From positions 26,662,001 through 26,726,000 of the forward strand of contig NC_086118.1 in NCBI RefSeq assembly GCF_963921235.1: a stretch of 64,000 nt of DNA, given 5' to 3'. The notes under the pieces are model-generated. The model was not told where the DNA came from and did no database searches. It saw only the letters and a list, made by a program, of their open reading frames with translations. Below, one piece after another: positions 1-11,650 of the stretch; within the stretch, counting starts at the first letter, position 1; every line of letters begins with the position of its first letter. The translations under genes were made by a program, and so were the position numbers. This DNA is from Mobula hypostoma. Taxonomy: Eukaryota.

Positions 1-240
1 GAATTTCTTCACTTAGAGGGTCATGAGAGTGCGGAATGAGCTGCCAGCACAAGTGGTGCACGCAAGCTCGATTTCAATGTTTAAGAGAAGTTTGGATAGG
101 TACATGGATGAGAGGGGTTCGTGGAGGGCTATGGTCTAGGTGCAGGTCAATGGGACAAGGCAGATCAATGGGTCAGAACAGACTAGATGCATCAAAGGAC
201 CTGCTTCTGTGCTTAAGTGCTCTATGACCCTATGACCCTT
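1..240 (+). mobile_element. CR1 LINE 3' end fragment
   Basis: End of ORF2 (FFT.RV...WN.LP-like) and 3' UTR ending in ctatgaccctatgaccc; resembles other CR1 3' ends in the window. Confidence 0.75.
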
Positions 241-859
241 GAACTCAATGCTTCGATTAATAAAGGTAAGCATGCCACGTGTTCCTTTATTATGATATCA
301 ACATGCGTGGCCACTTTCAGCAAGTCAGCTATGAAAGTCAGGTGTTTGTTACTCAGGGGTGGCATGTACTAGATTTCTTCACAAAATAAAACTCCAAATA
401 ATGTCAATAAAAATTTTCAACATTGAGAGCAAACCTCACAATTTAGACTCTCAGATTTATCCAGCATACAGTTAGGCCCTCCAGTCCATCAAGTTCACAT
501 CAGCATCCAATTGCATTAATCCTGCATTAATCTCATTTTACACTCCCTCCATTCTCACCAACTACCCCAGAGCTTAAACACACAAACACACACCTTCAGT
601 GAGTGGCCAGATACCAACTTGCACAGCTTTGTGATGTGGAAAGAAACCCAAGTAATTAAAGGTAACACAAACCCTAAACCAGGTGTTCCACAGAGCACTT
701 ACTTAATGATATTGGCCAATGGCACAAAAAAAAACTCCTGCTATAGACCAACTGTACCAGAAGTCGGAACTGAATCCCAGTCACTGAGGATGTGTTGAAG
801 CAAATCTGTTAGCTACACTATCAATTCCTTGATATATGTTACTAATGTGTTATTTTGAA

Positions 860-975
860 CAAAAAGCAAACTGCTGGAGGAGCTCAGCAGGGCAAGCAGT
901 GTGTAGAGGGAAATGGACAGTTGATATTTTAAGCCAGGATCCTTCACCTGGACTGCGAAGTGGATATTTGCTAAA
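860..975 (-). mobile_element. Penelope-like element 3' remnant
   Basis: ctgctggaggagctcagcagggcaagcag plus a decayed hammerhead segment; same motif as the copies at 7160, 16820 and 22251. Confidence 0.55.
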
Positions 976-1262
976 ACACATGTATTCTCGTCCTTCAAGA
1001 TTTACGTAGTAAATATTTCAACCATTCATCTAGATAAGAATAATTTAATGAAACCACAAACGATTTCATAATTAGGATAGCAAGGTTCTGCCCTTGAGTG
1101 CCCTTGAACCTCTGGAGAGGGAATAGCTATATTGCTGGAACATGCCAATGGATCAATACCAGCAGATTGTTATCCAAATGAACTTGAAGGCTGATGAGAA
1201 AAGAAAATGAAAATTTCACAAATAGGGAATGGGGGGGGGGGGGGAGGAACCACAGAACAGCA

Positions 1263-1323
1263 AAACAAAAGGTACCATGACATACGTTTAAACAAAAGGT
1301 ACCATGACATACATTTAAACAAA
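1263..1323. repeat. 27-bp tandem duplication (2.3 copies)
   Basis: aaacaaaaggtaccatgacatac(g/a)ttt at 1263-1289 and 1290-1316, then a partial third copy. Confidence 0.9.
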
Positions 1324-1527
1324 CAGTGGATTCCAGGTAATATGGACACATCAGGTCCGGTACATTTTGATCCCAAAAAGTGGATGCCCCAATTAGCCAA
1401 AGTTTCACAGAAATAGTTAATAAGTATAAAAAGGCAAATTATATACTTAAATGAAATACAGAGCAAATTAGAACACTACCAATAGTACTATAAAACTGTG
1501 TATTAGTTTCTAATAGTTATTAGGAAT

Positions 1528-2897
1528 ATCAGGGCCTGTTTATGGCCTTTGTCAACCTCCCCAAAACATTCGACACTGTGCAAAGAGAGCTCTTATGGGA
1601 TGTCCTCCTCAAGTTTGGCTGTCCCAATAAATTAGTTAACGTCCTCCGCCAGTTCCACAATGGAATGACTGCTCGGATGACCATTGGAGGACAAGAGTCC
1701 AAGCCCTTCCTTGTACACACAGGGGTGAGGCAGGGGTGTGTGCTAGCGCCAGTGCTCTTTAACATCTTCCTCTTGTGTGTTACCAAGCTTCTCAACAATG
1801 AGACTGAAGGCAGCAGCGGTGTGGCAGTGGACGTCAGATTAAATGGCAACCTCTTTGACATCAGGAGGCTCCGCACAACCACCAAACTCCATGGAGAACG
1901 GCTCCTAGAGCTGGAGTACGCAGACGACTGTGCTTTTGTGGCCCATACTCCAGAGGATCTTCAGACTGTCCTTGCTATGGCGGTGAGAGCGTACAGCAGG
2001 ACGGGGCTCACTGTCAATACCACCAAGACAGAATGGTTTGCCAATGGAGTACCAGTGTCCCACTCACTCTACCTACCTTCACTGTTGGTGATGAAAAGCT
2101 GTCAGTGGTGCCAAATTTCAAATACCTGGGGAGCATTCTCTCTGAGGATAGCGGCATTGACAACGACATCCAGAGCCGCATTAAACAGGCATCAGCTGCC
2201 TTTAGGAGACTTTGGCGTAGAGTCTTTCAGAACAGGAGCTTTCGACCCTCCACAAAGGTCGCCGTATACCAAGCGGTTTGTGTCACCACCCTCCTTTATA
2301 GCTGTGAAGCTTGGGTAACCTACAGCCATCACATCAAGTCCTTGGAGCGCTTCCACATAAGCTGCCTCCAGCGCATCCTGGAAGTTACCTGCCGTGAGCG
2401 GGAGCCTCACACTGAAATACTTGTAAAGACCAACTGCAGAAGTATTGAGGCCATGATCACCCAGCATCAGCTGCAGTTGCTGGGGCACATGATAAGGATG
2501 CCCCCATGTCGGCTACCCTGTAGAGTGTTATACGACCAGCTACATCATGGTCGATGCTCAGCTGGAAGGCCGAAGAAGCGCTGTAAGGATCAGATAAAGG
2601 ACGCTTTAAGGAAGTGCAAGATCAGACCCGAGGACCTGGAGGAGGTTGCAGCTGACCGTACCACTTGGCGACAGCTGTGTAGGGGCGGGGTTCGTATTCT
2701 GGAGATGGAAAGAACAACCAGAAGACAGCAGAAGAGAGCCAGGAGAAATGCAGCCATGGTTGCCACCACTACCACATATACATGTCCCACCTGCAATAGA
2801 GCTTGTGGGTCCAGGATAGGACAGTATAGTCATCAAAGATCTCACCGTTAAAGGAGTGGGTGTCGTCATCCGATTTCGATGGACAACCGAAGAAGAA
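1528..2897 (+). mobile_element. RTE-clade LINE, 5'-truncated and frameshifted (RT and C-terminal zinc finger)
   Basis: ORFs 1542-2318 and 2033-2851 give GVRQGCVLAPVLF, LEYADDCAFVAH, FKYLGSIL and CPTCNRACGSRIGQYSHQRSH. Tail is gaagaagaa. Probable TSD aatagttatt(gatgg)aggaat at 1512-1527 and 2896-2916. Confidence 0.9.
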
Positions 2898-2964
2898 TAG
2901 TTATTGATGGAGGAATTCATCCAGTGTATGCAATGAATAAAATCTTTGCAGACGTGTTTACAGC

Positions 2965-3220
2965 TTTTCTTCTTCTCCGTATCACCCCTGCTGGGACATA
3001 GACTGCCAACAGACCCTCGCCAGAGCCCTCAGTCCAGGGTCATTCTTTCATGTTGCTTGCCGGTATAGCCCACCCTCTTTATCTATCCTTCCTCTCAGGG
3101 ATGAAGCCTTCTGAACTTCGGTTGGCATTTCTCTAGCTCTGGGTTTTTGCAGGATGGGTTTGCTAGCCTCATGCCCAACCCTCCTCCTTTCACATCCGGG
3201 CGTGGGACCGTCCATGGAGG
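2965..3220 (-). mobile_element. Short non-autonomous RTE derivative (bipartite SINE-like)
   Basis: Minus strand has the RTE 5'-UTR-type motif GGTTGGGCATGAGGCTAGCAAACCCATCCTGCAAAAA joined to an RTE-type 3' end with a gaagaagaa tail. Confidence 0.6.
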
Positions 3221-3229
3221 AATTGTGCA

Positions 3230-3895
3230 AAGCTCAAAGAATGCAAAACCTTCAAATTTCTCTCCTTACAAGCAGCCATAAAACAAAGAAACCGAATAAA
3301 CCCATTCAAAAAAAATGTCAAACACCCAATGTGCAGAAAAAGAACAAATTATGCAAACAATAAAATAAAGCAAATAACATTCAGAACTGAAGCTCACAAA
3401 AGAGCGTCCACGAAGCCAGTCATCACTGCAGCCGATTCAGGAGCCCATTAGTTGCAGGCAACAGCCTCAGTTAAGCACAGATACAAGTAAACCTCACCGA
3501 ACAGCAAGCTGAATGCCAGGCCATCCCTCTCCTCCAGCCCCAAGACCCTGGCCTTTTCAATGTGACCCAGCACTTAACTGGCCAAACATCAGCTCGTTTC
3601 TCGATCTCAGACCCGGGCCCTGTTGCTTCAATATACTCTGGGGTCTGGGCGCCATCACCTCAATTCAGCCCATACCCAACCTTTCGAATCTGGCCTGTTG
3701 CTTAAATCAGCCATACATGTTGTTCCTCGCTCTCAGGCCCAACACCTCTTACAGGTTATACAAGTGGTTCTAAAGCTCAACTGCAAAAGGGAAGTTGCAG
3801 TGATTGGTTCTGAGAAAAAGTATGATTAATAAAGTAGTTAGTAGTTTTGTTTGCTGCCAACAAGTCACTGTACTTCACCAACGCCATCTTAAACC
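3230..3895 (-). mobile_element. Non-autonomous LINE-derived element
   Basis: Starts with AAGATGGCG on the minus strand (a LINE-type 5' motif); T-rich 3' part resembles 55040-55300; no ORF. Confidence 0.5.
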
Positions 3896-4005
3896 TGAAG
3901 CAGATAGTGTAGATACTGTACAATGCAATCGACGAATGCACCCTCTAAATCTTTATTTTCATTGTAACTTTCAAGATGATTGTCGATACCTTCAAACACT
4001 TCTTA

Positions 4006-4944
4006 GGGTACATCCACACTACGCCGGATAATTTTGAAAACGAAGCTTTTTCTCTTCGTTTTGCCCTCCCGTCCACACTGAGCCGGCGTTTTCAGCCCCC
4101 GAAAACGGAGATTTTCGAAAACACTCTCCAGAGTGAATAAATCTGAAAACGCTTAATATCCGGCGTAGTGTGTACGGGATAACCGGAGAGATTTAAAAAC
4201 ATTGTCATGACAACACAACAACAATGCTTTGTTTCTGCTTCTGCTTGGTACTGCGCAAGCACTGCCGTATTGCTGTTATAACACGCAGTTGGTGTGAACA
4301 GCATGAGAGTTAAATTGTAAAGTGAGCTTTTTTGACTATTTAAAAACGCTGTCATGACGTGCCGGAACAGATGTTCGTTGTTTTAACAACGAAGTGAAGA
4401 AGTGAATAAGTATACTCACTTCGCCCTGTTTTCTGTCCTTGCTTGTATGAAGGTGGTTTATCTATTTATGCAAGTACTTCTCTGACAATAGATGTGTAAC
4501 AGCCTAATGCAACATTGTATGGAAATACTAGATAACACTGATGCAGACGTTTTATACATTTAACAAGGTGCTTTATTAATGCAACAGAGTTAATCAGTTT
4601 TTCAATGTTCGTCGTCAGCTGGGTTATACCGTCCGTGAACTCCCTGTCGGTTGCCTCCATACGCTCCAGTATTTGTTTTTTTTAAGTTTTAAGTCCTCCT
4701 GCGCGACAGCCAAGAGCAATTCCTTTAAAGTTTTTCTACTCTGTAACTGGATGAACGCGCACTAAGTATATCGTTTCCTCTTCGTTTGCTTTCTGTGTCC
4801 TGCGCATGCCCAGTAGGAGGAGATTCGCCCAAATATCCACCTAACGTGGACGGAGATATTTTGAAAAACGCTTAGTGTGGACGCCTGTCATTTTTACTCG
4901 AAAGCGGCGTTTTCAAAATTATCCGGCGTAGTGTGGACGTAGCC
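4006..4944. mobile_element. PIF/Harbinger-type non-autonomous DNA transposon
   Basis: TIRs GGGTACATCCACACTACGCCGGATAATTTTGAAAACG and CGTTTTCAAAATTATCCGGCGTAGTGTGGACGTAGCC; subterminal repeats of the same motif; flanked by tta / ata (3-bp TWA-type TSD with one mismatch). Confidence 0.85.
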
Positions 4945-5774
4945 ATAGTTGCTAACTTGTTGAAGTAGTGAAATCGTTATGTTTTCACTCCTGGATGTTT
5001 CTGGCATCTCCAAGCTTGAATGATTGAAACCGCAGTGAGCAAAACAATTCAGAATTGTCTTATTCCTTATTTCTCACCAACTATCAGTACGAAAAATCTT
5101 TGCTTTTTGTGCGCAAACACAACTGACACCATTTAAAAACCATTCACTCTAAACACAGTGTAGCGTCTAGGCCATGCATAACTGACATTAATTAGAACAT
5201 GTTTGGCAACAGTCTCTTGCCCCAATTATGCAGCAGACTGTTTCCCAAATAAATGAAGGGAATCCCGACAGTTTTCTCGATATCTTTATTTGTCCTAAAT
5301 AAGCAGCTCCCCTGATTAATCGATCGCTCAATTAACCAAAATCCACTATATTTGTTTTCAGTAACCTCACTGAAAATTGCTAATAAATAACAACAATCAC
5401 CACACAGCAAGTGACAAATGTATAGTCTGTTATTTAGTTTGCATATTTATGAGGCTGAACTTTAAAGTAACTGGGGCTAAAGATTGTTAAGATTCTTTCA
5501 GTGATTACAGAAAAAGCCTTTCAGTCAATCACCTATGTCAAATAGAACTGTATTACCCACTGTGAAATGGGCAGCAGTAAGGTAGCAGTCATGTTGGATA
5601 AGGATCAATGATAGATCATGTCCACAATCTCAATCCTACCATCGTTGCTCAGGGCTGTTTTGGGGCAGCGGTAGGATAAAAATCCAACTGAGGAAATGAT
5701 TATGAACTTGAAACAAAATAGTGTTAAAGGGTCAGGACACAGACACACAGCATTATTCACCAAGTTTGATGGAA

Positions 5775-6225
5775 GTGAACATAGAACAGTACAGCACAAA
5801 ACAGGCCTTTTGGCCCATAAAGTTGTGCTGATCCAAATAAATTAATCTCTTCTGCCTAAACAACACCCATATCCTTTCATTTTCGTCAAATCAGTGTATC
5901 TACCTGAACGTCTCTAATGTATCTACCTCTACCACCATACCAGACAATGCATCCCAGGCACTGACCAGTCTTTGTTAAAAAAAACTTGCCCCTTGCATTT
6001 TCTTTAAAATTATTCCCTCCCACCTTAAATGCATGCCCTCTGGTATTAGACATTTCAACCATAGGAAAATAATAATGTCTGTACTCTATCCGTGCCTCTC
6101 AATCTTATAAAGCTCTATCAGATCTCCTCTCAGCCTCTGCCACTCCAGGGAAAGCAACTTCGGTGTGTTCAACCTCTCGTTGTAGCATATGCCCTCTAAT
6201 CCGGGCAGCATCCTGCTAAACAGCT
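5775..6225 (-). mobile_element. CR1 LINE 3' fragment
   Basis: Minus-strand RMLPGLEGICYNERL...LRGDLIELYKI followed by a CR1 3' UTR. Confidence 0.8.
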
Positions 6226-7159
6226 CCAAAGTAGAAAATCTGGGGCTCCAGTTAAAGATGGTTTCAAGATGAACATGAAGGACACAGCTGAAAACACAGA
6301 AGGAAAGTTGCTCAGGGTGAGTGCAATGATGCCCAGGTGTGGGTTTGGCTACAGGCAAACATGGCTACAGCTGGAAACCAAATGGAGTGAGGAGGAAAAG
6401 TTAGAAGAGTAATTTTTCACCATTGTCCCTCAATAGGTCTGCCTTTATACAAGCAGAGGTGTATTAATGTACAAGCACCTTACTGAGATCTATACAGAGG
6501 TAAGTGCAAGGATTGGATAACAACTGCCTGTATTGCTTTATGCTGAACTTTAGACAAGTAATTATATCACTGTAACTTCAACAAACAGCCATTAAAAATA
6601 TTCAAGAAAAATGTAAACAAATTCATCTTTGAATTCAATGTCCAATATTTGAAGCAACAGAATATGCTCAGGCAGGTGCTCCACAAAGTGATTTTGTTGG
6701 CAAAAAAAAATGATGCTTTTGCATGTTCAATATAATTATTACTGAAAAGGAAATGCTGACAAATTTAAAAGTAATGGATATTTTATTTTTCAGTCAATGG
6801 AATTTATTTTCCTACAATATGCATTGGTGGTAGAATCAAAAAGAACACTATTTAGGATACCTGATAAGAAACTAAATTAAAGTTTCAGTTTGCATGTTTC
6901 TATGACTCATTCCATAACACATTCCAAAGAATAATAGTGACTTTAGTTGACACGCATTCCTCTTTGAACTGATGTAAGCAAATAATGAAAAAGGATCCTA
7001 CAGATGTTACAATGGCACAAAAAAAGGAAAATAATGGAAACACAGCCAATCAGACAGCATCTGTGGAAATAGAAACCATTGGCATCATAAAATCAGTAAC
7101 TAGATATTAGAAAAGTAAGTGACAGACAAGGGTGGGCATGAATAACTAAGTGTTGCCAA

Positions 7160-7922
7160 CAAGAGAAAATCTGCAGATGCTGGAAAGCAACACACCCAAA
7201 ATGCTGGAGGAACTCAGTGGGCCAGGCAGCTTCTATAAAAAAAAGCACGGTCAATGTTTCAGGCCAAGACCCTTCGGCAGGTCTGGGGAAAAAAAAGATG
7301 AGGGGTAGAATTAAAAGGTGGGGAAGGAGAGGGAGAAACACAAGGTGATAGGTGAAACCAGGAGGGGGCGGAATGAAGTAAAGTGCTGGGAAGTTGATTA
7401 GTGAAAGAGATACAGGGATGGAGAAGGGGGATTCCATTAGGAGAGAACAGAAGGCCATGGAAGAAAGAAAAGGGGGGAGGCACATCAGAGGGGGGCGATG
7501 GGCAGGCGAGGAGATAAGGTGAGAGAGGGAAAAGGGGATGGGGAATTGTGAAAGAGAGGTGGGTGGGGATCCATTACCAGAGGTTCGAGAAATTGATGTC
7601 CATACCATCAACTTGGAGGCTACCCAGATGGAATGTATGGCCTCATCGCGGCAGTTAAGGAGGCCATGGATTGACATATTGGAATGGGAATGGGAAGTGG
7701 AATTAAAATGGGTGGCCGCTGGGAGATCCCTCTTCTTCTGGCAGATGGAGTGTAGGTGCTTGGCGAAATGGTTTCCCAATCCACACTAGGTTTCACCAAT
7801 ATACAGGAGGCCACACTGGGAGCACCAGACACAATATATGACCCTAACAGGTTCACAGGTAAAGTCTCGCCTCACCTGGAAGGATGGTTTGGGGCCCTGA
7901 ATGGGAGTGAAGGTGGTGGTGT
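7160..7922 (-). mobile_element. Penelope-like retroelement 3' part (GIY-YIG endonuclease remnant and 3' repeat)
   Basis: Minus strand encodes VIYCVWCSQCGLLYIGET...HFAKHLHSI...PAATHFNS; pyrimidine-rich 3' region; decayed hammerhead at 7248-7285. Confidence 0.85.
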
Positions 7923-7923
7923 A

Positions 7924-8335
7924 AGACCATAAGACAAAGGAGCAGAAGTCAGCCATTCGGCCCATCGAGTCTGCTCTGCCATTTTATCATGAGCCGATCC
8001 ATTCTCCTATTTAGTCCCGCTCCCCCGCCTTCTCACCATAACCTTTGATGCCCTGACTACTCAGATACCTATCAATCTCTGCCATAAAATGCCTTGCCCT
8101 CCACTGCCGCCGTGGCAACAAATTCCACAGATTCACCACCCTCTGGCTAAAAAAAATGTCTTCGCATCTCTGTTCTGAATGGGCACTCTTCAATCCTTAA
8201 GTCATGCCCTCTTGTACTAGACTCCCCCATCATGGGAAACAACTTTGCCACATCTACTCTGTCCATGCCTTTCAACATTTGAAATGTTTCTATGAGGTCC
8301 CCCCTCATTCTTCTAAACTCCAAGGAGTACAGTCC
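7924..8335 (-). mobile_element. CR1 LINE 3' fragment
   Basis: GLYSLEFRRMRGDLIETFQML...FFSQRVVNLWN; closely similar to 42740-43171. Confidence 0.9.
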
Positions 8336-9039
8336 CATAGAAAAAGCATTTGTTCCGCTTACAAGGATAAGTGCCAGGAGGATATCAGTGGGGAGGGACA
8401 CACGTGTTGCTGGAAGTGAAGGCAACAAAAAAATAAGGAAACAAAAGTTCAACGCGTGCCCAGAACTTCCTTCAATTTCCACACAGCTGCCAACCACCTT
8501 CCAGCAAGTGCTGATGACAGAAAGCTGAGTCACTCCACTTCAATCTATATTATGAAATAATTGTGAACTCATTCAAGATGTTTCAAATGTGAAAGGTGTT
8601 GCATAAATTAAGCTTTGGTTTATTGTTTTTTTGCTGAGATTTAAAAGTAGCAAATCAAAAAACTTCACTGTGAACTAATGCCGCCTGATGTTTAAAAATT
8701 ATTGATGCAATGACTTTAGAAAATGTTAAAAGCAATAATTATCTGACATTTGAAGAAGTTGGGAATGGTTAAGGTTACATAAACAAAAGACTGACTCCAG
8801 GAAGTATTCAACATTTCTAATAGTATGTAAAAATTGGAATTCAAGGAAGATCTACCGAAGACATAAAATGAAATTTGTTAAATCAATGGAAGCTAACAAT
8901 CTTTTCCTGACGCAGTTTCAAAATGGGAGCCCAAGCAAATGCCTCATGTCATGTCCTCTAAACATCAGCCCAGCTGATTTTCTACGGTATGTCAAATTCA
9001 CCTGCCTCAAAAATGTTAGATCTTTTCCATCTGCAATTC

Positions 9040-9530
9040 ACACCCACAACTACGGTGGTGTAAAAAACACTAATTGGAAAGCAGCATCCATCATCAGAGA
9101 TCTCCCCCCCCACAACCACCCAGGTCATGCTCTCTTCTCGCTGCTGCTATCAGGTACCTTTTGGTAAAGAACCAAAACTTAATTTATGAAGAACCTCAGG
9201 ACTTGTGCCACGTGGTTCAAGAACAGGTGCTACCCTTCAACCATCAGGCTCTTGAACAAAAGGAGCTAACTTCACTTGCCCCATCATTGAAATGTTCCCA
9301 CAACCAACAGACTCACTTTCAAGGTCTCTTCATCTCATGTTCTCCTTATTTATTGCTATTTATTTATACTTTCAGTTGCACAGTTTGTTGTCCTCTGTAC
9401 TCTGGTTGATCTTTCATTGAGCCTGTTATAGTTACTATTCTATAGATTTGATGAGTATGCCCAAAAGAAAACGAATCTCAGGGTTGTATAAGCTTACATA
9501 TGTATTTCGATAATAAAATTTACTTTGAAT
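9040..9530 (+). mobile_element. Rex1/Babar-type LINE 3' fragment
   Basis: KAASIIRD..HPGHALFSLLLSG C-terminal motif; 3' UTR ending aataaaatttactttgaa. Confidence 0.7.
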
Positions 9531-10568
9531 TCATTTTATGTTAAGTAACACTATATTAACGTTTTACTAGAGGCCGGTAAGATCTCTATGAATGGGAAAA
9601 TGCACGTGTTGCTGGGGAGAGCAATAACTGCATTTAAACTAAGACCCGCCACATCACAGCTCCACAGTGGTCTGAATCAAATATGCAACTATTTCAATGG
9701 CAAATAATTGACACAATTAACTCCAGGATGCAATCAAAAGCCCATTTTAAGTAAATCTGGCATCACTCATTTCAAGTAAATTTCGTATCACTTTTCATTC
9801 TCACTATCAGTGGCTATACATCATCACCTTTACAATTTCCTCCTGCCACACTGCAGTTGCTTGAGTTAAAATAAAAGAGTTGCAGATTCAATTCCTACTT
9901 TACCAGGAGGAAGAGGATAATTAACTTTTCAAACTTGCAGCTTTGCTTTCAAATGAAGCAACCTCCAAAAATAGCTGGTAGGATAATTTTTACTGTGACT
10001 GACGCAAATTCGAAATAATGGATAGGCTAGATACGACGGGGGGGAACCAGGATGCGGGGTTGCACACGGAATGCTGCTGCACAATAAAACGAAGACTGTA
10101 GTATTGTGTTTAATGCTACACATCAGCATTAGTCATTCAGCAAAACTGGGAGATTAACACACCGCTCTGAAAGTTGGCTGAGTCGGTTACTGGTAGGGAA
10201 ACAGATTTTAAACCTTAAAATTTAGCAAGCACCTCAATAGGTGCTGAGAGAAAATAATATTGCACATCATCACATCGATAGAAACACACGCCTCATTTCC
10301 ACGTCCTAGAAGTATTGGGTTTGTTTCAGTGGTACTTGAATTACCTTGGTTCAAACGTGTTAGACCACTTACACATTTAATTTCATATCCACCACAGTAC
10401 AACTGCGGCGGTGTAATAAATTGCGCTACTTTTTCCTCAGCAGTTACTTTGTCTGGTAGTTGTAAAATACCTGAACTTTCTTATAACAATTTGACTGGCT
10501 GGCTGTTCAACATCGCTATAATAATTCTACTCCCCATTTATCTTTCCCCGAATGGGAGGAGCTCCTAC

Positions 10569-11198
10569 CTTGAACTGTACTGAAAGCTGCGGCGTGTACT
10601 CGAGTGTCCAGAGCGCCCGGACCAGCACTGCGAGCTGCTCGGTCACTTCGGCGCTGTCCTGACACGCCGGCTCTCTGCTGCCCAGGGTGCCATTGGCTCG
10701 CAGTTGCTTCAGCTCGGAGCGATACTGCTCCAAGCCCAGGTACTCGGCGAACAGCTCGGTGTTGCTCAAGCACTGCACCACGGCGTTCATGAAGCAGGTA
10801 TTGCCATGGTTCTTCAAGCCCAACACGCCGGGGAGTTTATTGCCGTGGCCCCAGGACGCACGCTCCTTCCCGGACTGGGACTGAGTCCTGGCGGCGCCGG
10901 GCTCCTGTTGCCCTTCGATGCCCGCTTCGCTGCAGGTGGCGAGAGTGACGGCGCCGTTCCCGAACCCCCCGTCGTCCTCCTCCTCTGCTTCTCCCCCTCC
11001 TCCCTCAGCGGGCGCCGCCTCTCCGAAAGGTGCCAAAGTGAACAAAGTTTTGAAGACCCCCCTCACAAAGCTGCCGACCGACCTCAGCGATCTCCTCCTG
11101 AACAGCCTGCCTGACAGGCTCTTCCTCCGCTTGGACCGGGACACCTTCGCCTTCAGGGCGGCTTTGGCCGCCTTCGGCTGCTCCTCGGCCGGTTCCAT
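10569..11198 (-). CDS. USP43: Ubiquitin carboxyl-terminal hydrolase 43 (USP31/USP43 family), first coding exon, 210 codons
   Basis: ATG at 11196-11198 in good context (gcgATGG). USP Cys-box GLKNHGNTCFMNAVVQCLSNT and EVTEQLAVLVRALWTLEYTPQLSVQFK, followed by a phase-0 donor AAG|GTAGGA at 10568. LKNHG..NAVVQ and TPQLS fit USP43 better than USP31 as I recall them. No downstream exon recognised in 1-10568. Confidence 0.85.
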
Positions 11199-11650
11199 CG
11201 CTTGGCTTCACCCTCTCGGTGGCTTCATCACCTGGGCACAGCGCGCTATATCTGCCGGCAGGAGCACACTGCCGCACCCCCGCACCATCCCATCTCCTTC
11301 CCTTGCTCGATCCGAACCCAGACGGGCTGGCGTGCTTCCTTGTAGATACGACGGCCGGAAAAAAAACGGAGTTGAAGCGATTGCTGGGTCTCTCGCCAGT
11401 CAACACCACCTTATTTTTCACAAAATTCCCAGTGCAGGCTAGGTGTGTTGTTACCTGACTCCATGTTGTCGCTGAACCATCATTTGAAATGGGTGCAGCT
11501 GTTTGGCGGAGGTGCCGCGTTGCTCCGCCCTCCGGTCCGGCCCCCTTCACCCTTCAAGTCCATCACGGGAGGCCGGCCGCTGGGAGGTTCGGTTGTCCCT
11601 CAGCACGGACAGCCCGGCACTGGTAAAACTTGACAGCACCTCATTTCCAA
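10590..11650 (-). promoter_or_regulatory. CpG island / putative USP43 promoter and 5' UTR
   Basis: GC- and CpG-rich against CpG-depleted flanks; GC box ctccgccc near 11523; CRE-like tgacgtgg at 11743; moderate CpG retention continues to ~12520. Confidence 0.75.

Larger units (their letters stand above)
1324..5348. mobile_element. Tc1/mariner (Tigger-like) non-autonomous DNA transposon split by four younger insertions
   Basis: Left end cagtggattccaggtaat (1324) and right end attaaccaaaatccacta-ta (to 5348) are imperfect inverted repeats; the internal pieces are interrupted by RTE, SINE-like and Harbinger insertions. Confidence 0.65.

Noticed and set aside
8380..9700. Two similar cacgtgttgctgg motifs (~8400 and ~9603)
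   Set aside because: Similarity too short to tell an ancient repeat from chance.
10527..10568. C-terminal VGAPPIRGKINGE of the 223-aa ORF
   Set aside because: Read-through into the intron after the AAG|GTAGGA donor.
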